Positions 50,690-59,821 of a stretch of DNA of 64,000 bases are shown here, piece by piece. Position 1 is the first letter of the stretch. Each line of letters begins with the position of its first letter. The notes below the pieces were generated by a model, which was not told where the DNA came from, searched no databases, and was given only the letters and a program-made list of their open reading frames with translations. This DNA is from Holophagales bacterium (GTDB lineage: Bacteria; Acidobacteriota; Thermoanaerobaculia; Multivoradales; UBA5704), in NCBI GenBank assembly GCA_031390755.1, contig JANMTS010000109.1, forward strand, positions 5,773-69,772, written 5' to 3'. The position numbers and the translations under genes are program-made.

Positions 50690-51864
50690 GTCCGAAGAAG
50701 ATCGTCATCCCGATCGTGCTGCTGGCCGCCGCCGGCGCGGCGGTCTGGTACTTCACGCAGTACGGCAAGCCGGAGCCGGACGGCGCGCTCGTGGCCTCGG
50801 GCACGGTGGAGGCGACGGACGCGCAGCTCGGCTTCCAGGCGCCGGGCCGGCTGGTGTCGATCGCCGCGCGCGAAGGTGACCGGGTGACGGCCGGTCAGGA
50901 GCTGGCGCGGCTCGACAAGGCGGAGCTCGAAGCGCGGCGCGACCAGCTCGAAGCCCAGGTGGACGCAGCCCTCGCCGCCTTCGAGGAGCTGGAAAAGGGC
51001 TCGCGCAGCGAGGAGATCGCGCAGGCCCGGGCCGGTCTCGCCGCGCTCCAGGAGCGCCGCACCGACGCCGAGCGCGACCTCGGGCGGACCCGCCGGCTGT
51101 TCGAGGGCGGCGCCGTCAGCCGCGAGGCGGTCGACAAGGCGCAGACCGCGCTCGACGTGATCCGCAACCAGCAGACGCAGGCCGAGGAGCAGCTCCGGCT
51201 CGTCCAGGCCGGACCGCGCAAGGAGCGCAAGGATGGCGCGCGCGCCCAGGTGGCCCAGGCCGAAGCCGCGGTGCGCGCCGCGGACGTGGGCCTCGGCAAC
51301 ACCGTGCTCGCGGCGCCGTTCGACGGCGTGGTGACCGTCCGCCACCGCGAGCCCGGCGAGATCGTGCCCGCGGGCTCGCCCGTGCTCACGGTGATGGACC
51401 AGAAGAGCCGCTTCGTGCGCATCTACATCCCGGAGAACCGCGTCGGCGCCGTGCGCCTCGGCGCCCGCGCCACGATCACGGCCGACACCTATCCCGGCAA
51501 GACCTATCCCGGCGAGGTCTCGTTCATCGCCTCCGAGGCCGAGTTCACGCCGAAGAGCGTGCAGACCACGGAGGAGCGCGTGCGGCTGGTCTATGAGGTG
51601 AAGGTCCGGCTGACCGGCGACGCGGAGCTGGATCTGAAGCCGGGGCTGCCGGCGGATGTGAAGCTGGAGCCCTCACCCCCGTCCCCTCTCCCGGTCCGCC
51701 CGAGTCCACCCGCCCCGGGCGAGGGGCGCCCCCTCACGCCCCAGAAGCAAGAATCAGAGATCCCGCGGGAAGAGGAGAATTCCCAGCTCGGTAGGCGCTT
51801 GCCGTCTCCCCCTCTCCCGGGGCGGGCGGACTCGGGCGGACCGGGAGAGGGGGCCGGGGGGTGA
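50686..51864 (+). CDS. HlyD-family (YbhG-like) membrane fusion protein; C-terminal ~65 aa are read through a repeat element
   Basis: AGGAGG precedes the ATG, and ATGA overlaps the TolC stop. It reads MSPKKIVIPIVLLAAAGAAVWYF..ASGTVEATDAQLGFQAPGRL..LAAPFDGVVT..PGLPADVKLE, then a Pro/Gly-rich tail PSPPSPLPVRPSPPAPGEG... encoded by the inverted-repeat element. Confidence 0.85.
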   Translation: MSPKKIVIPIVLLAAAGAAVWYFTQYGKPEPDGALVASGTVEATDAQLGFQAPGRLVSIAAREGDRVTAGQELARLDKAELEARRDQLEAQVDAALAAFEELEKGSRSEEIAQARAGLAALQERRTDAERDLGRTRRLFEGGAVSREAVDKAQTALDVIRNQQTQAEEQLRLVQAGPRKERKDGARAQVAQAEAAVRAADVGLGNTVLAAPFDGVVTVRHREPGEIVPAGSPVLTVMDQKSRFVRIYIPENRVGAVRLGARATITADTYPGKTYPGEVSFIASEAEFTPKSVQTTEERVRLVYEVKVRLTGDAELDLKPGLPADVKLEPSPPSPLPVRPSPPAPGEGRPLTPQKQESEIPREEENSQLGRRLPSPPLPGRADSGGPGEGAGG

Positions 51865-51867
51865 GGG
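51671..51867. mobile_element. MITE/REP-like nested inverted-repeat element (~197 bp) at the hlyD / ABC-ATPase junction
   Basis: The left arm is cctcacccccgtcccctctcccggtccgcccgagtccacccgccccgggcgagggg. The reverse complement of the right arm is cctcaccccccggccccctctcccggtccgcccgagtccgcccgccccgggagaggggg. The arms are about 56 bp and near-identical. Each arm is itself palindromic (ctctcccgg...ccgggcgag). The centre is ~75 bp. No ORF for a transposase is present. Confidence 0.65.
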
Positions 51868-51871
51868 TCCG

Positions 51872-52846
51872 ATGATCCAGGCCTCCTCCCTCACCCGCCG
51901 CTTCGGCGACCTGACGGCCGTCGACGCGCTCAGCTTCGAGGTGCGTCCGGGCGAGCTGTTCGGGCTGGTGGGGCCGGACGGCGCGGGCAAGACCACGACG
52001 CTGCGCATGCTCGCGGGCGTGCTCCGGCCCACGTCCGGGGACGCGACGCTCGCCGGGATCTCCGTGACGCGCGACCCCGAGGCGGTCAAGCACCGGCTGG
52101 CCTACATGTCCCAGCGCTTCGGGCTGTATGCGGACCTGACCGTGCTCGAAAACCTCTCCTTCTACGCCGATCTCTACCAGGTGCCGCGCTCGGAACGGCC
52201 GGCCCGGCTGGAGCGGCTGTTCCGCTTCTCGAACCTCGAACCGTTCAAGGACCGCCTGGCGGGCCAGCTCTCCGGCGGCATGAAGCAGAAGCTCGGACTG
52301 TCGTGCGCGCTCATCCATCAGCCGGAGATCCTGCTGCTCGACGAGCCCACGTTCGGCGTGGATCCGGTGTCGCGCCGCGAGCTGTGGCTGATCGTCCACG
52401 AGATGGTGGCGGAGGGGGTGACGGCGGTGGTGAGCACGGCGTACATGGACGAGGCCGAGCGCTTCGACCGGCTCGCGCTTCTCCACCGCGGCCGGCTGCT
52501 GGCGCTCGACGCTCCCGGCGTGCTCCAGCGCGGCCTATCGAAAGACGGCTCGAAGGACGGCGAGGAGATCCTGGAGGTCCAGGTGCCGCGGGCGCGCGAG
52601 GCCCGGGCGGCTCTGACCGGGATGCCGGGCGTGATCCGGGTCGCGGTGTTCGGCGACCGGCTCCATCTGAGCGTGGCGTCCGATCCCGGAGCGGAACGGC
52701 TGGCGCCGGAGGTCTCCCGCGCGTTGCGCGACGCCGGGTTCGAGGCGAAGGCCGTCCGATCCATCTCCCCCTCGCTCGAAGACGTGTTCATCGCCCGGAT
52801 CGCCCAGGCGGAACAGGCCGAGGCCACCGAGGAGACGCCGGCTTGA
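51872..52846 (+). CDS. ABC-2-type exporter ATPase (YbhF N-half-like)
   Basis: MIQASSLTRRFGDLTAVDALSFEV..GPDGAGKTTTLRML, LSGGMKQKLGLSCAL, LLLDEPTFGVDP. Confidence 0.9.
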   Translation: MIQASSLTRRFGDLTAVDALSFEVRPGELFGLVGPDGAGKTTTLRMLAGVLRPTSGDATLAGISVTRDPEAVKHRLAYMSQRFGLYADLTVLENLSFYADLYQVPRSERPARLERLFRFSNLEPFKDRLAGQLSGGMKQKLGLSCALIHQPEILLLDEPTFGVDPVSRRELWLIVHEMVAEGVTAVVSTAYMDEAERFDRLALLHRGRLLALDAPGVLQRGLSKDGSKDGEEILEVQVPRAREARAALTGMPGVIRVAVFGDRLHLSVASDPGAERLAPEVSRALRDAGFEAKAVRSISPSLEDVFIARIAQAEQAEATEETPA

Positions 52847-53790
52847 GTGAATCGGCGGTCGAGGTCAAGGATCTCACCCGCACCTACGGCGACTTCGTGG
52901 CCGTGGACCGCGTGAGCTTCCAGGTGAAGAAAGAGGAGGTCTTCGGCTTCCTCGGCCCGAACGGCGCTGGCAAGACCACGACGATCAAGATGCTGACCGG
53001 GCTCGTCCCGCCGTCGTCCGGGTCCGGTCACGTGGCCGGCTACGACATCCGCACCGGGCGGCGGGAGATCAAGCGGCACATCGGCTACATGTCCCAGCTC
53101 TTCTCGCTCTACGCGGACCTGACCGTCGAGGAGAACATCGCGTTCTTCTCCGGCCTCTACGGCGTGCCGCGCGCAAAGCGGGCCGAGCGGCGGGACTGGG
53201 TGCTGCGCATGGCCGGGCTCACGGACCAGCTGCGCCGTCTCACGGGCGAGCTGTCGCTCGGCTGGAAGCAGCGGCTGGCGCTCGGCTGCGCCGTGCTGCA
53301 CGAGCCGCCGATCCTGTTTCTCGACGAGCCCACGTCCGGCGTCGATCCGATCTCGCGGCGCGAGTTCTGGGATCTGATCTACGCGCTCTCGGGCAGCGGC
53401 ACGACCGTGTTCGTGACCACCCACTACATGGAAGAGGCCGAGTACTGCGACCGGCTCGCGCTCATGAACCGCGGCAAGCTGATCGCGCTCGACACGCCGG
53501 CCCACCTGCGCGAAGGGTTTTCTCAGCCGCTCCTGGAGGTCCGCACCGAGGACGGCCCGAAGGCGGCCGAAGCGCTCGCAGGAGCCCCGGGCGTCCAGGG
53601 CGCCGGGCTGTTCGGCCGCGCGGTCCACGTGACGCTCGCGCCCGGAGCGGACGCCGCCGCCGGAGCCGAGGCGCTGCGCCGGCGGCTCGGCGAGGCGGGC
53701 GTGAAGGTGGACGGGATCGAGGCCATTGCGCCGTCTCTCGAAGACGTGTTCATCGCGCGGGTGCAGGATGCCGGAGGCGCCCCCGCATGA
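52843..53790 (+). CDS. ABC-2-type exporter ATPase (YbhF C-half-like)
   Basis: TTG start overlapping the upstream TGA (TTGA). Motifs: VEVKDLTRTYGDFVAVDRVSF..GPNGAGKTTTIKML, LSLGWKQRLALGCAV, LFLDEPTSGVDP. Confidence 0.88.
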   Translation: MSESAVEVKDLTRTYGDFVAVDRVSFQVKKEEVFGFLGPNGAGKTTTIKMLTGLVPPSSGSGHVAGYDIRTGRREIKRHIGYMSQLFSLYADLTVEENIAFFSGLYGVPRAKRAERRDWVLRMAGLTDQLRRLTGELSLGWKQRLALGCAVLHEPPILFLDEPTSGVDPISRREFWDLIYALSGSGTTVFVTTHYMEEAEYCDRLALMNRGKLIALDTPAHLREGFSQPLLEVRTEDGPKAAEALAGAPGVQGAGLFGRAVHVTLAPGADAAAGAEALRRRLGEAGVKVDGIEAIAPSLEDVFIARVQDAGGAPA

Positions 53791-54902
53791 GCCTGACGCG
53801 ATTGCTCGCCATGGCCCGCAAGGAGACCCTCCAGCTCCGGCGGGACACCCGCAGCCTGATCCTCGCGTTCCTGCTGCCGGTGATGCTCCTGGTCCTGTTC
53901 GGCTACGCGATCTCGTGGGACGTGCGCAACATCCGCCTCGCCGTGCTGGACGGCGACCGCTCGGCGGCGAGCCGGGAGCTGATCGACGCGTTCCGGGCCT
54001 CCGGCTACTTCACGTTCGTGGCCAACCTGGAGCGGCCGGCGGAGATCCACGCGCTGTTCGACCGCAGCGCGGCCCAGGCCGTGATCGTGATTCCGGCTGG
54101 CTTCGCCGCGAAGCTGGCGACCGGGAAGCCGACGGCCGTGCAGGCGGTGGTCGACGGCAGCGACGCCAACACGGCCACGATCATCCTGGCCTATTCGGAG
54201 GCGATCACCCAGTCGTACTCCGGCAAGGTTCAACTGCGCGGGCTGCGGGCGGTTCCTCCGATCTCGGCCGAGACCCGCATCTGGTACAACGAGGAGCTGG
54301 CGAGCCGGAACATGATCGTGCCCGGGCTCGTGCCCGTGATCATGATGATCATCGCGGCCATGCTCACCTCGCTGACCCTGGCCCGCGAGTGGGAGCGCGG
54401 CACCATGGAGCAGCTCGCGGCTACGCCGGTCACCCGGGTCGAGGTCGTGGTGGGCAAGCTCCTCCCCTACCTCGCCATCGGGCTCGTGGACGTGGTGGTC
54501 TGCAGCGTGCTCGGCGTGGCGCTCTTCGACGTCCCCTTCCGCGGCAGCCCGGTCCTTCTCATGGTGCTCTCGTTCTTCTTCCTGACCGGCGCGCTCGGCC
54601 TGGGCATCTTCATCTCGGCGGTGACGAAGTCGCAGGTGCTCGCCACCCAGATCGCGATGATGGTCACCTATCTGCCGGCCTTCCTGCTGTCGGGCTTCAT
54701 GTTCGCGATCGAGGTCATGCCGGCGCCGTTGCGGGCGATCACCTACCTGGTGCCGGCCCGCTACTTCCTGGTCGTGACGCGGGGGATCTTCCTCAAGGGC
54801 GTGGGCCTCAACGTGCTCTGGTTCCAGGGGCTCCTGATGATCGCCTTCGCGGCGGCCGGGCTGCTGCTCGCGGTGGCGCGCTTCCGCAAGGAGCTGGAAT
54901 GA
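53787..54902 (+). CDS. ABC-2 family permease (YbhS/YbhR-like)
   Basis: 371 aa: MSLTRLLAMARKETLQLRRDTRSLILAFLLPVMLLVLFGYA.. with 6 TM segments and REWERGTMEQLAATPV. ATGA-type overlaps link it to both neighbours. Confidence 0.88.
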   Translation: MSLTRLLAMARKETLQLRRDTRSLILAFLLPVMLLVLFGYAISWDVRNIRLAVLDGDRSAASRELIDAFRASGYFTFVANLERPAEIHALFDRSAAQAVIVIPAGFAAKLATGKPTAVQAVVDGSDANTATIILAYSEAITQSYSGKVQLRGLRAVPPISAETRIWYNEELASRNMIVPGLVPVIMMIIAAMLTSLTLAREWERGTMEQLAATPVTRVEVVVGKLLPYLAIGLVDVVVCSVLGVALFDVPFRGSPVLLMVLSFFFLTGALGLGIFISAVTKSQVLATQIAMMVTYLPAFLLSGFMFAIEVMPAPLRAITYLVPARYFLVVTRGIFLKGVGLNVLWFQGLLMIAFAAAGLLLAVARFRKELE

Positions 54903-56011
54903 ACCCGGAGCGCGTCTTCGAGATGGTCCGCAAGGAGCTGCGGCAGATCTTCCGCGATCCCCGCCTGCGCCGGATGATCTTCGTGGCGCCGGTCGTCCAG
55001 CTCCTGGCCTTCGGCTATGCGGTGTCGACGGACGTGCGCAACGTGGCCACCCTGATCGTGGACCACGACCATTCCGCGGCCTCGCGCAGCCTCGTCGAAG
55101 CGTTCACGGCGTCCGGCTACTTCCGCGTCGACGGCTACGCCGACCGCCCGGCGGACATCGTGAGCGCGCTCGACCACGGCACGGTCCTGCTCGGCGTGGT
55201 GATCCCGGCCGGCTTCGAGCGGGCGTCGCAGAACACCGAGGCCGGACAGCCCAAGGTGCAGCTCCTGTTCGACGGCACCAACTCGAACCTGGCCACGGTG
55301 GCGCGCGGCTACGCGGAGCGGATCGTCCTGAGCTGGGCTCAGCAGCAGGCTCCAGACCGCCCCAGGCCCGCCGTGGAGCTGCGCTCGCGCGCCTGGTTCA
55401 ATCCGTCGCTCGAAAGCCGCGCCTACAACGTGCCGGCCGTGATCGGCGCGCTGCTCATGCTGATCTGCCTCCTCCTGACCTCGCTCGCCGTGGTGCGGGA
55501 GCGGGAGATCGGCACGCTGGAGCAGCTCCTGGTGAGCCCGCTGCGGCCGGGCGAGCTGATCCTCGGCAAGACGATCCCCTTCGCGCTGATCGGCATGGTC
55601 GACCTCGTGCTGGTCACCGCGATCGCGCTCTTCTGGTTCCACATCCCGTTCCGCGGCAACCCGCTTCTGCTCCTGCTCGGAAGCGTTCTCTTCCTCATCA
55701 CCGCGCTCGGCATGGGCCTGCTCATCTCGACGATCTCGAACACCCAGCAGGAGGCCTTCATGACCGGCTTCCTGGTCTTCCTGCCGACGCTGCTCCTGTC
55801 GGGGTTCATGTTTCCGGTGACGAGCATGCCGCGGGGGTTCCAGGCGATCACCTTACTTAACCCCTTGCGTCATTACCTGGAGATCGTGCGCGGCGTCTTC
55901 CTCAAGGGGGCGGGCTTCGAAGCGCTCTGGACGCAGCTCCTGGCCCTGCTGGTGATGGGCGTCGGGCTGCTCTGGATCGCGGCCCGCCGATTCCGCGGCG
56001 AATCGGGTTGA
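54899..56011 (+). CDS. ABC-2 family permease (YbhR/YbhS-like)
   Basis: 370 aa: MNPERVFEMVRKELRQIFRDPRLRRMIFVAPVVQLLAFGYA.. with REREIGTLEQLLVSPL. Confidence 0.88.
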   Translation: MNPERVFEMVRKELRQIFRDPRLRRMIFVAPVVQLLAFGYAVSTDVRNVATLIVDHDHSAASRSLVEAFTASGYFRVDGYADRPADIVSALDHGTVLLGVVIPAGFERASQNTEAGQPKVQLLFDGTNSNLATVARGYAERIVLSWAQQQAPDRPRPAVELRSRAWFNPSLESRAYNVPAVIGALLMLICLLLTSLAVVREREIGTLEQLLVSPLRPGELILGKTIPFALIGMVDLVLVTAIALFWFHIPFRGNPLLLLLGSVLFLITALGMGLLISTISNTQQEAFMTGFLVFLPTLLLSGFMFPVTSMPRGFQAITLLNPLRHYLEIVRGVFLKGAGFEALWTQLLALLVMGVGLLWIAARRFRGESG

Positions 56012-56068
56012 CTGGGCGGCCGCTGTGCTACTATTTCGTGGCACACTTTTGCCATAAGGAGCATCTCG

Positions 56069-56422
56069 ATGAAGAAAGCCGCCCTGTGCCTGGCTGTTGC
56101 GATGGTCTGCTCGTTCGCCTTTACGTCCGGAGCTGCGGCCCGCAACGCCAACGTCACGGTCCACAACGACTCCAAGTGGGAGATCCACAACTTCTTCCTC
56201 GCTCCCTCGGAGAGCGACAACTGGGGTCCGGACCAGCTGGGTGACGAAGTTGTTGAGAACGGTGGGAAGTTCACGCTCAACCAGATTCCGTGCGACACCT
56301 ACGACGTCAAGCTCGTTGACGAAGACGGTGACGAGTGCGTGGTGACCGAGGTCGACATCTGCGGTGGCAGCGGCGACTGGGTTGTCTCGGACGAGGATCT
56401 TCTGGAGTGCGAAGGCTACTGA
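56069..56422 (+). CDS. Small secreted Cys-containing hypothetical protein
   Basis: 117 aa with signal peptide MKKAALCLAVAMVCSFAFTSGAAA. The mature part has 4 Cys (..IPCDTYDVKLVDEDGDECVVTEVDICGG..LLECEGY). It is followed by a canonical terminator. Confidence 0.6.
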   Translation: MKKAALCLAVAMVCSFAFTSGAAARNANVTVHNDSKWEIHNFFLAPSESDNWGPDQLGDEVVENGGKFTLNQIPCDTYDVKLVDEDGDECVVTEVDICGGSGDWVVSDEDLLECEGY

Positions 56423-56490
56423 GCTGCAAGCAGTCTCGAAGCCGGCGGGCTTGACCCGCTGCTTCGGGGTGTCTCATAATCGTTGGACGG

Positions 56491-56527
56491 CGAGGGCCGG
56501 GGATCTTTCCCCGGCCCTCGTTTTTTT
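56491..56527 (+). terminator. Rho-independent terminator
   Basis: cgagggccgggga-tctt-tccccggccctcg forms a perfect 13-bp stem with a 4-nt loop and is followed by TTTTTTT (56521..56527). Confidence 0.85.
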
Positions 56528-56561
56528 ATGCCCGCTGGTTTCAAAAATGAGGAGAAAACCG

Positions 56562-56987
56562 ATGAGCGACGACCTGATCCGCCGCTTCGAGGACGGCAGC
56601 CTGCCGGCCGCGGAGCTCCATCACCGCGACCACGTTCATCTCGCCTGGCTGTATCTGAAGGACGCTTCCGTGCTCGACGCCCTGGCGCGCTTCACCACGG
56701 GGCTGAAGGCGTTCGCCGAGCGCAACGGCGCCGCCGGGCTCTACCACGAGACCATCACGTGGGCGTATCTGTTCCTGATTCACGAGCGCATGGCGCGGGA
56801 CGGAAAGACGGAGACCTGGGAGGCGTTCGCCGAGCGCAACGCCGACCTGCTCACCTGGAAGCCGTCGGTATTGGCGGGCCTGTACCGGGAGGAGACCCTG
56901 GCGTCGCCGCTGGCGAAGCAGGTCTTCCTGATGCCGGACCGGGTCACCTCGTCGATCTCCTCGATCGGCTCACCGATCAGCGATTGA
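56562..56987 (+). CDS. Hypothetical protein (141 aa)
   Basis: GAGGAG precedes the ATG at 56562. It reads MSDDLIRRFEDGSLPAAELHHRDHVHLAWLYLKD..LYHETITWAYLFLIHERM.. No family recognised. Confidence 0.55.
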   Translation: MSDDLIRRFEDGSLPAAELHHRDHVHLAWLYLKDASVLDALARFTTGLKAFAERNGAAGLYHETITWAYLFLIHERMARDGKTETWEAFAERNADLLTWKPSVLAGLYREETLASPLAKQVFLMPDRVTSSISSIGSPISD

Positions 56988-58368
56988 ACAGCCGTCCCAG
57001 AGCCCGGCTGACTCCCTTCTCCACCTGCTGGCGGGCCGCCTCCTTCATGGCGCGCTGGCCCTGCGCGCGCAAGGCCGCGGTGTCCGCGGTGACATGGGGG
57101 GCTTCGAGCGTGCCCACGACCCGGATGGGCACGGTGACCCAGCCGCCGTCGTCGATCAGGGAGAGAACCTCCGGCGGAACCCTGGCCAGGGCCACGGCGT
57201 CGCGGGGCGCACGCACGGCGATCCGCAGGTCGACCGGGCCGGCGAGGTCGGCCCAGCCGGAGACGCCGAGCGAGAGCAGCGAGGTCCGCAGCTCGAAGGG
57301 ATCGAAATGCATGCGGTCCCCGGAGATGCGGAACGGGATCGCCGTAGCCTGGTAGGCCGAGCCCTGCAGCGCCGTCCGGCCGAGGATGGCCTCGATGGAG
57401 ACGAAGAGCGGCGATCCCGGAAGCTTTCCGGCGGCCAGCGCCAGGGTGCCCTTGCCGTCGAGGTCGCGGGTCTCCGTCCCGGTGCCCGTGGCCGCGAAGT
57501 CCAGCAGACCGGGGCCGAAGCCGCCGCCCGACCCCACCGCAAGCACGGCGTTGGCGTCGAGCGGATCGACCTTGAGCGTGAGCTGGTAGGCGAAGGGGTC
57601 GCGGGTGAGGTCCGCGTCGAGCTGGCCGAGCAGGAACCGCCCCTGCGGCAGCTTGAGGCCGAAGTCCTCCAGGAAGAAATGGCCGGCCGCGAGGCGCAGC
57701 TTGCCGAGCCCTTCGGTCGCGGTGAGCCCGCCCATCACGATCTCGCCGGTCTTGAGATCGCCCTCCGCACGGAGACCTTCGAGCGCCGTGGGCGCGTCGT
57801 CGAGCGCCAGATCGCGCAGCTCCACGTCGAGCGCCCGGATCTCGATGTCGGCCGCGGGCGCGCCCTCGGTCCGGGTGGCGAGCGTGCCGCGATGCAGGAG
57901 GATCCGGTCGATGGAGAGGATGGGGCCGTCAGCCGCGCCTCCTTCCGCCGCGGAGACCGCCGTTGCAGACGCCGGAGCCGCCGAACCGGCCAGGGGCTCG
58001 ACCGAAGCCGGAGCCTCCTCCGCCGGTGTGATCAGCTCGATCTTCGGGTCGTAGAGCGCGATCCGGTCGATCTCCACCCGTCCGCGCAGCAGGGAGGGCA
58101 GCCGGTGCTCGGCCACGAGGCCGGCGGCGTTGATCGTCAGGAGCCCGCTCGGTCCGTCCGAGGCGACCCGCACGCCGTCCATCCGCAGACCGCGCCAGAG
58201 GTTGAGCCGGAAGCCGTCCGCCTCGATCTTCATCCCCGTGCGGGCGCTGGCCTCGGCCAGCAGCGCCTTGCCCAGCCGGGAGGAATCGAAATCCACCAGC
58301 ACGACGACCAGCACGAGCGCACCGAGCAGCACGGCCAGACCGGCGCCGATCCACAGCAGCTTTCGCAT
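56977..58368 (-). CDS. AsmA-family protein
   Basis: 463 aa: MRKLLWIGAGLAVLLGALVLVVVLVDFDSSRLGKALLAEASARTGMKIEADGFRLNLWRGLRMDGV.., with the N-terminal anchor and beta-rich repeats typical of AsmA-like proteins. Confidence 0.72.
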   Translation of the reverse strand: MRKLLWIGAGLAVLLGALVLVVVLVDFDSSRLGKALLAEASARTGMKIEADGFRLNLWRGLRMDGVRVASDGPSGLLTINAAGLVAEHRLPSLLRGRVEIDRIALYDPKIELITPAEEAPASVEPLAGSAAPASATAVSAAEGGAADGPILSIDRILLHRGTLATRTEGAPAADIEIRALDVELRDLALDDAPTALEGLRAEGDLKTGEIVMGGLTATEGLGKLRLAAGHFFLEDFGLKLPQGRFLLGQLDADLTRDPFAYQLTLKVDPLDANAVLAVGSGGGFGPGLLDFAATGTGTETRDLDGKGTLALAAGKLPGSPLFVSIEAILGRTALQGSAYQATAIPFRISGDRMHFDPFELRTSLLSLGVSGWADLAGPVDLRIAVRAPRDAVALARVPPEVLSLIDDGGWVTVPIRVVGTLEAPHVTADTAALRAQGQRAMKEAARQQVEKGVSRALGRLFNR

Positions 58369-58398
58369 GAGACCCCTCCACCCCTTCGAGGTTTGGTC

Positions 58399-59799
58399 TC
58401 AGTCTATCAGCAGCCGGCGGGACTGGTCGCTCTCGATCAGCCCGTCGGGATCGAGCCGGCGCTTGAGCGCAAGGAACGTTTCGAGCGCCGGCTGGGCCTT
58501 CAGGAAGTCCGCCGGTCCCAGCACGGCGTCCTTTGCCAGGTAGAACCGGCCTCCGGCGTCGAGCACCTTGCCGGTGATCTCCCGGCCCAGCTCCCAGAGC
58601 GGATCGCGGCGGGACGGCGTCACCCGGAAGTCGAGCGCCAGCGACCAGCCGTCGAGGGCGTGCGAGAGTAGGAACGGGTCCGGCCGGTGGCGCTTGAGCA
58701 CGCCCAGCGAGGAGACGATGCCGCGCTGGCGGCAGAGCCGGAGCACCTCGGGCAGCACGGTGCGGGCCGCGGAGTCCGGCACGAAGAGCTGGACCTGGAT
58801 GAGACCGCCGTCGCCGTAGGCCAGCTTCCAGTTCGGCACGTAGTCGAGCAGAAACGAGAAGGCGACCAGCGACTGGAGGTAGGGCTTGCCCGGGTCCTGG
58901 AACGAGGACGATGCGTACTTGAGCGCGTTGATCGAGCGCGAGCCGAGGTCGCCCATGAACGGGCGCATGAACCGCCAGAGCTGCGCGCGCGGCATCCCAA
59001 GAATGCGCGGCGGCAGGCCCTGGCGCTCGACGTGGAGCGACGCTGGCCCCTCCGGGTCGTCCGCGGCGGTCACGTAATTCGCCTGGTGGATCAGGCCGCG
59101 GCCGTTCTCCCAGCAGTCCAGCCAGCCCACCAGGTAGTCGGACTCCCCGACGCGCGCGGCCATCCGGTCCATCATCTCCACGATCGACCGGGCGGTGATC
59201 GGAATCACTCTCAGGAAGCCGCTCTCGATCCGTTTCATCTTGAGCCGAACGCGGCCGATCGCGCCGAGCAGGCCGGCGCCGCCGAGGACGGCATGGAAGA
59301 GGTCCGGGTTCTCCTCCCGGCTGCAACGGATCGTCTCGCCGCCCACCGTCAGGAGGTCGAAGTCGAGCACGTGCTCGCCGAACACGCCGGCCCGGAAGTT
59401 GTTCTTCCCGTGGATGTTCATGGAGAGGCAGCCGCCGAGCGTCGGGAACATGGTGCCCGGCACCACGGCCGGCCAGAAGCCGTCCTCGATCGTCCGCCGC
59501 CAGAGCCCCTCGATGGTCAGGCCGGGCTCGGCCTCGGCGATGCCGGCGACCGGATCCCAGGCGATCATCCGGTTCATGCCGGTGAGGTCGATCACCAGGC
59601 CGCGGTCGTTGAGGGACGGATCGCCGTAGCTGCGGCCCGAGCCGCGGAAGGTGATGGGCAAACGCTCCGCGGCGGCGGCGTGCATCAGCGCCGCCAGCTC
59701 GGCGGCGTCGCGCGGCGCGGCGTAGCGGCCGGCAGAGCGCACGGCGCGGCCGAAGCCTTCGAGGACGCGGACCGGCAGCGAGTTGCGTAGCGGAGACAC
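58399..59799 (-). CDS. FAD-binding oxidoreductase, DprE1-like
   Basis: GTG start. It reads ..PITFRGSGRSYGDPSLNDRGLVIDLTGMNRMI..VVPGTMFPTLGGCLSMNIHGKNNFRAGVFGEHV..LFHAVLGGAGLLGAI, a PCMH-type FAD domain with the GRSYGD and HGKN blocks seen in DprE1-type oxidases. Confidence 0.78.
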   Translation of the reverse strand: MSPLRNSLPVRVLEGFGRAVRSAGRYAAPRDAAELAALMHAAAAERLPITFRGSGRSYGDPSLNDRGLVIDLTGMNRMIAWDPVAGIAEAEPGLTIEGLWRRTIEDGFWPAVVPGTMFPTLGGCLSMNIHGKNNFRAGVFGEHVLDFDLLTVGGETIRCSREENPDLFHAVLGGAGLLGAIGRVRLKMKRIESGFLRVIPITARSIVEMMDRMAARVGESDYLVGWLDCWENGRGLIHQANYVTAADDPEGPASLHVERQGLPPRILGMPRAQLWRFMRPFMGDLGSRSINALKYASSSFQDPGKPYLQSLVAFSFLLDYVPNWKLAYGDGGLIQVQLFVPDSAARTVLPEVLRLCRQRGIVSSLGVLKRHRPDPFLLSHALDGWSLALDFRVTPSRRDPLWELGREITGKVLDAGGRFYLAKDAVLGPADFLKAQPALETFLALKRRLDPDGLIESDQSRRLLID

Positions 59800-59821
59800 G
59801 CTCGACGGCCTCAGACCGACC

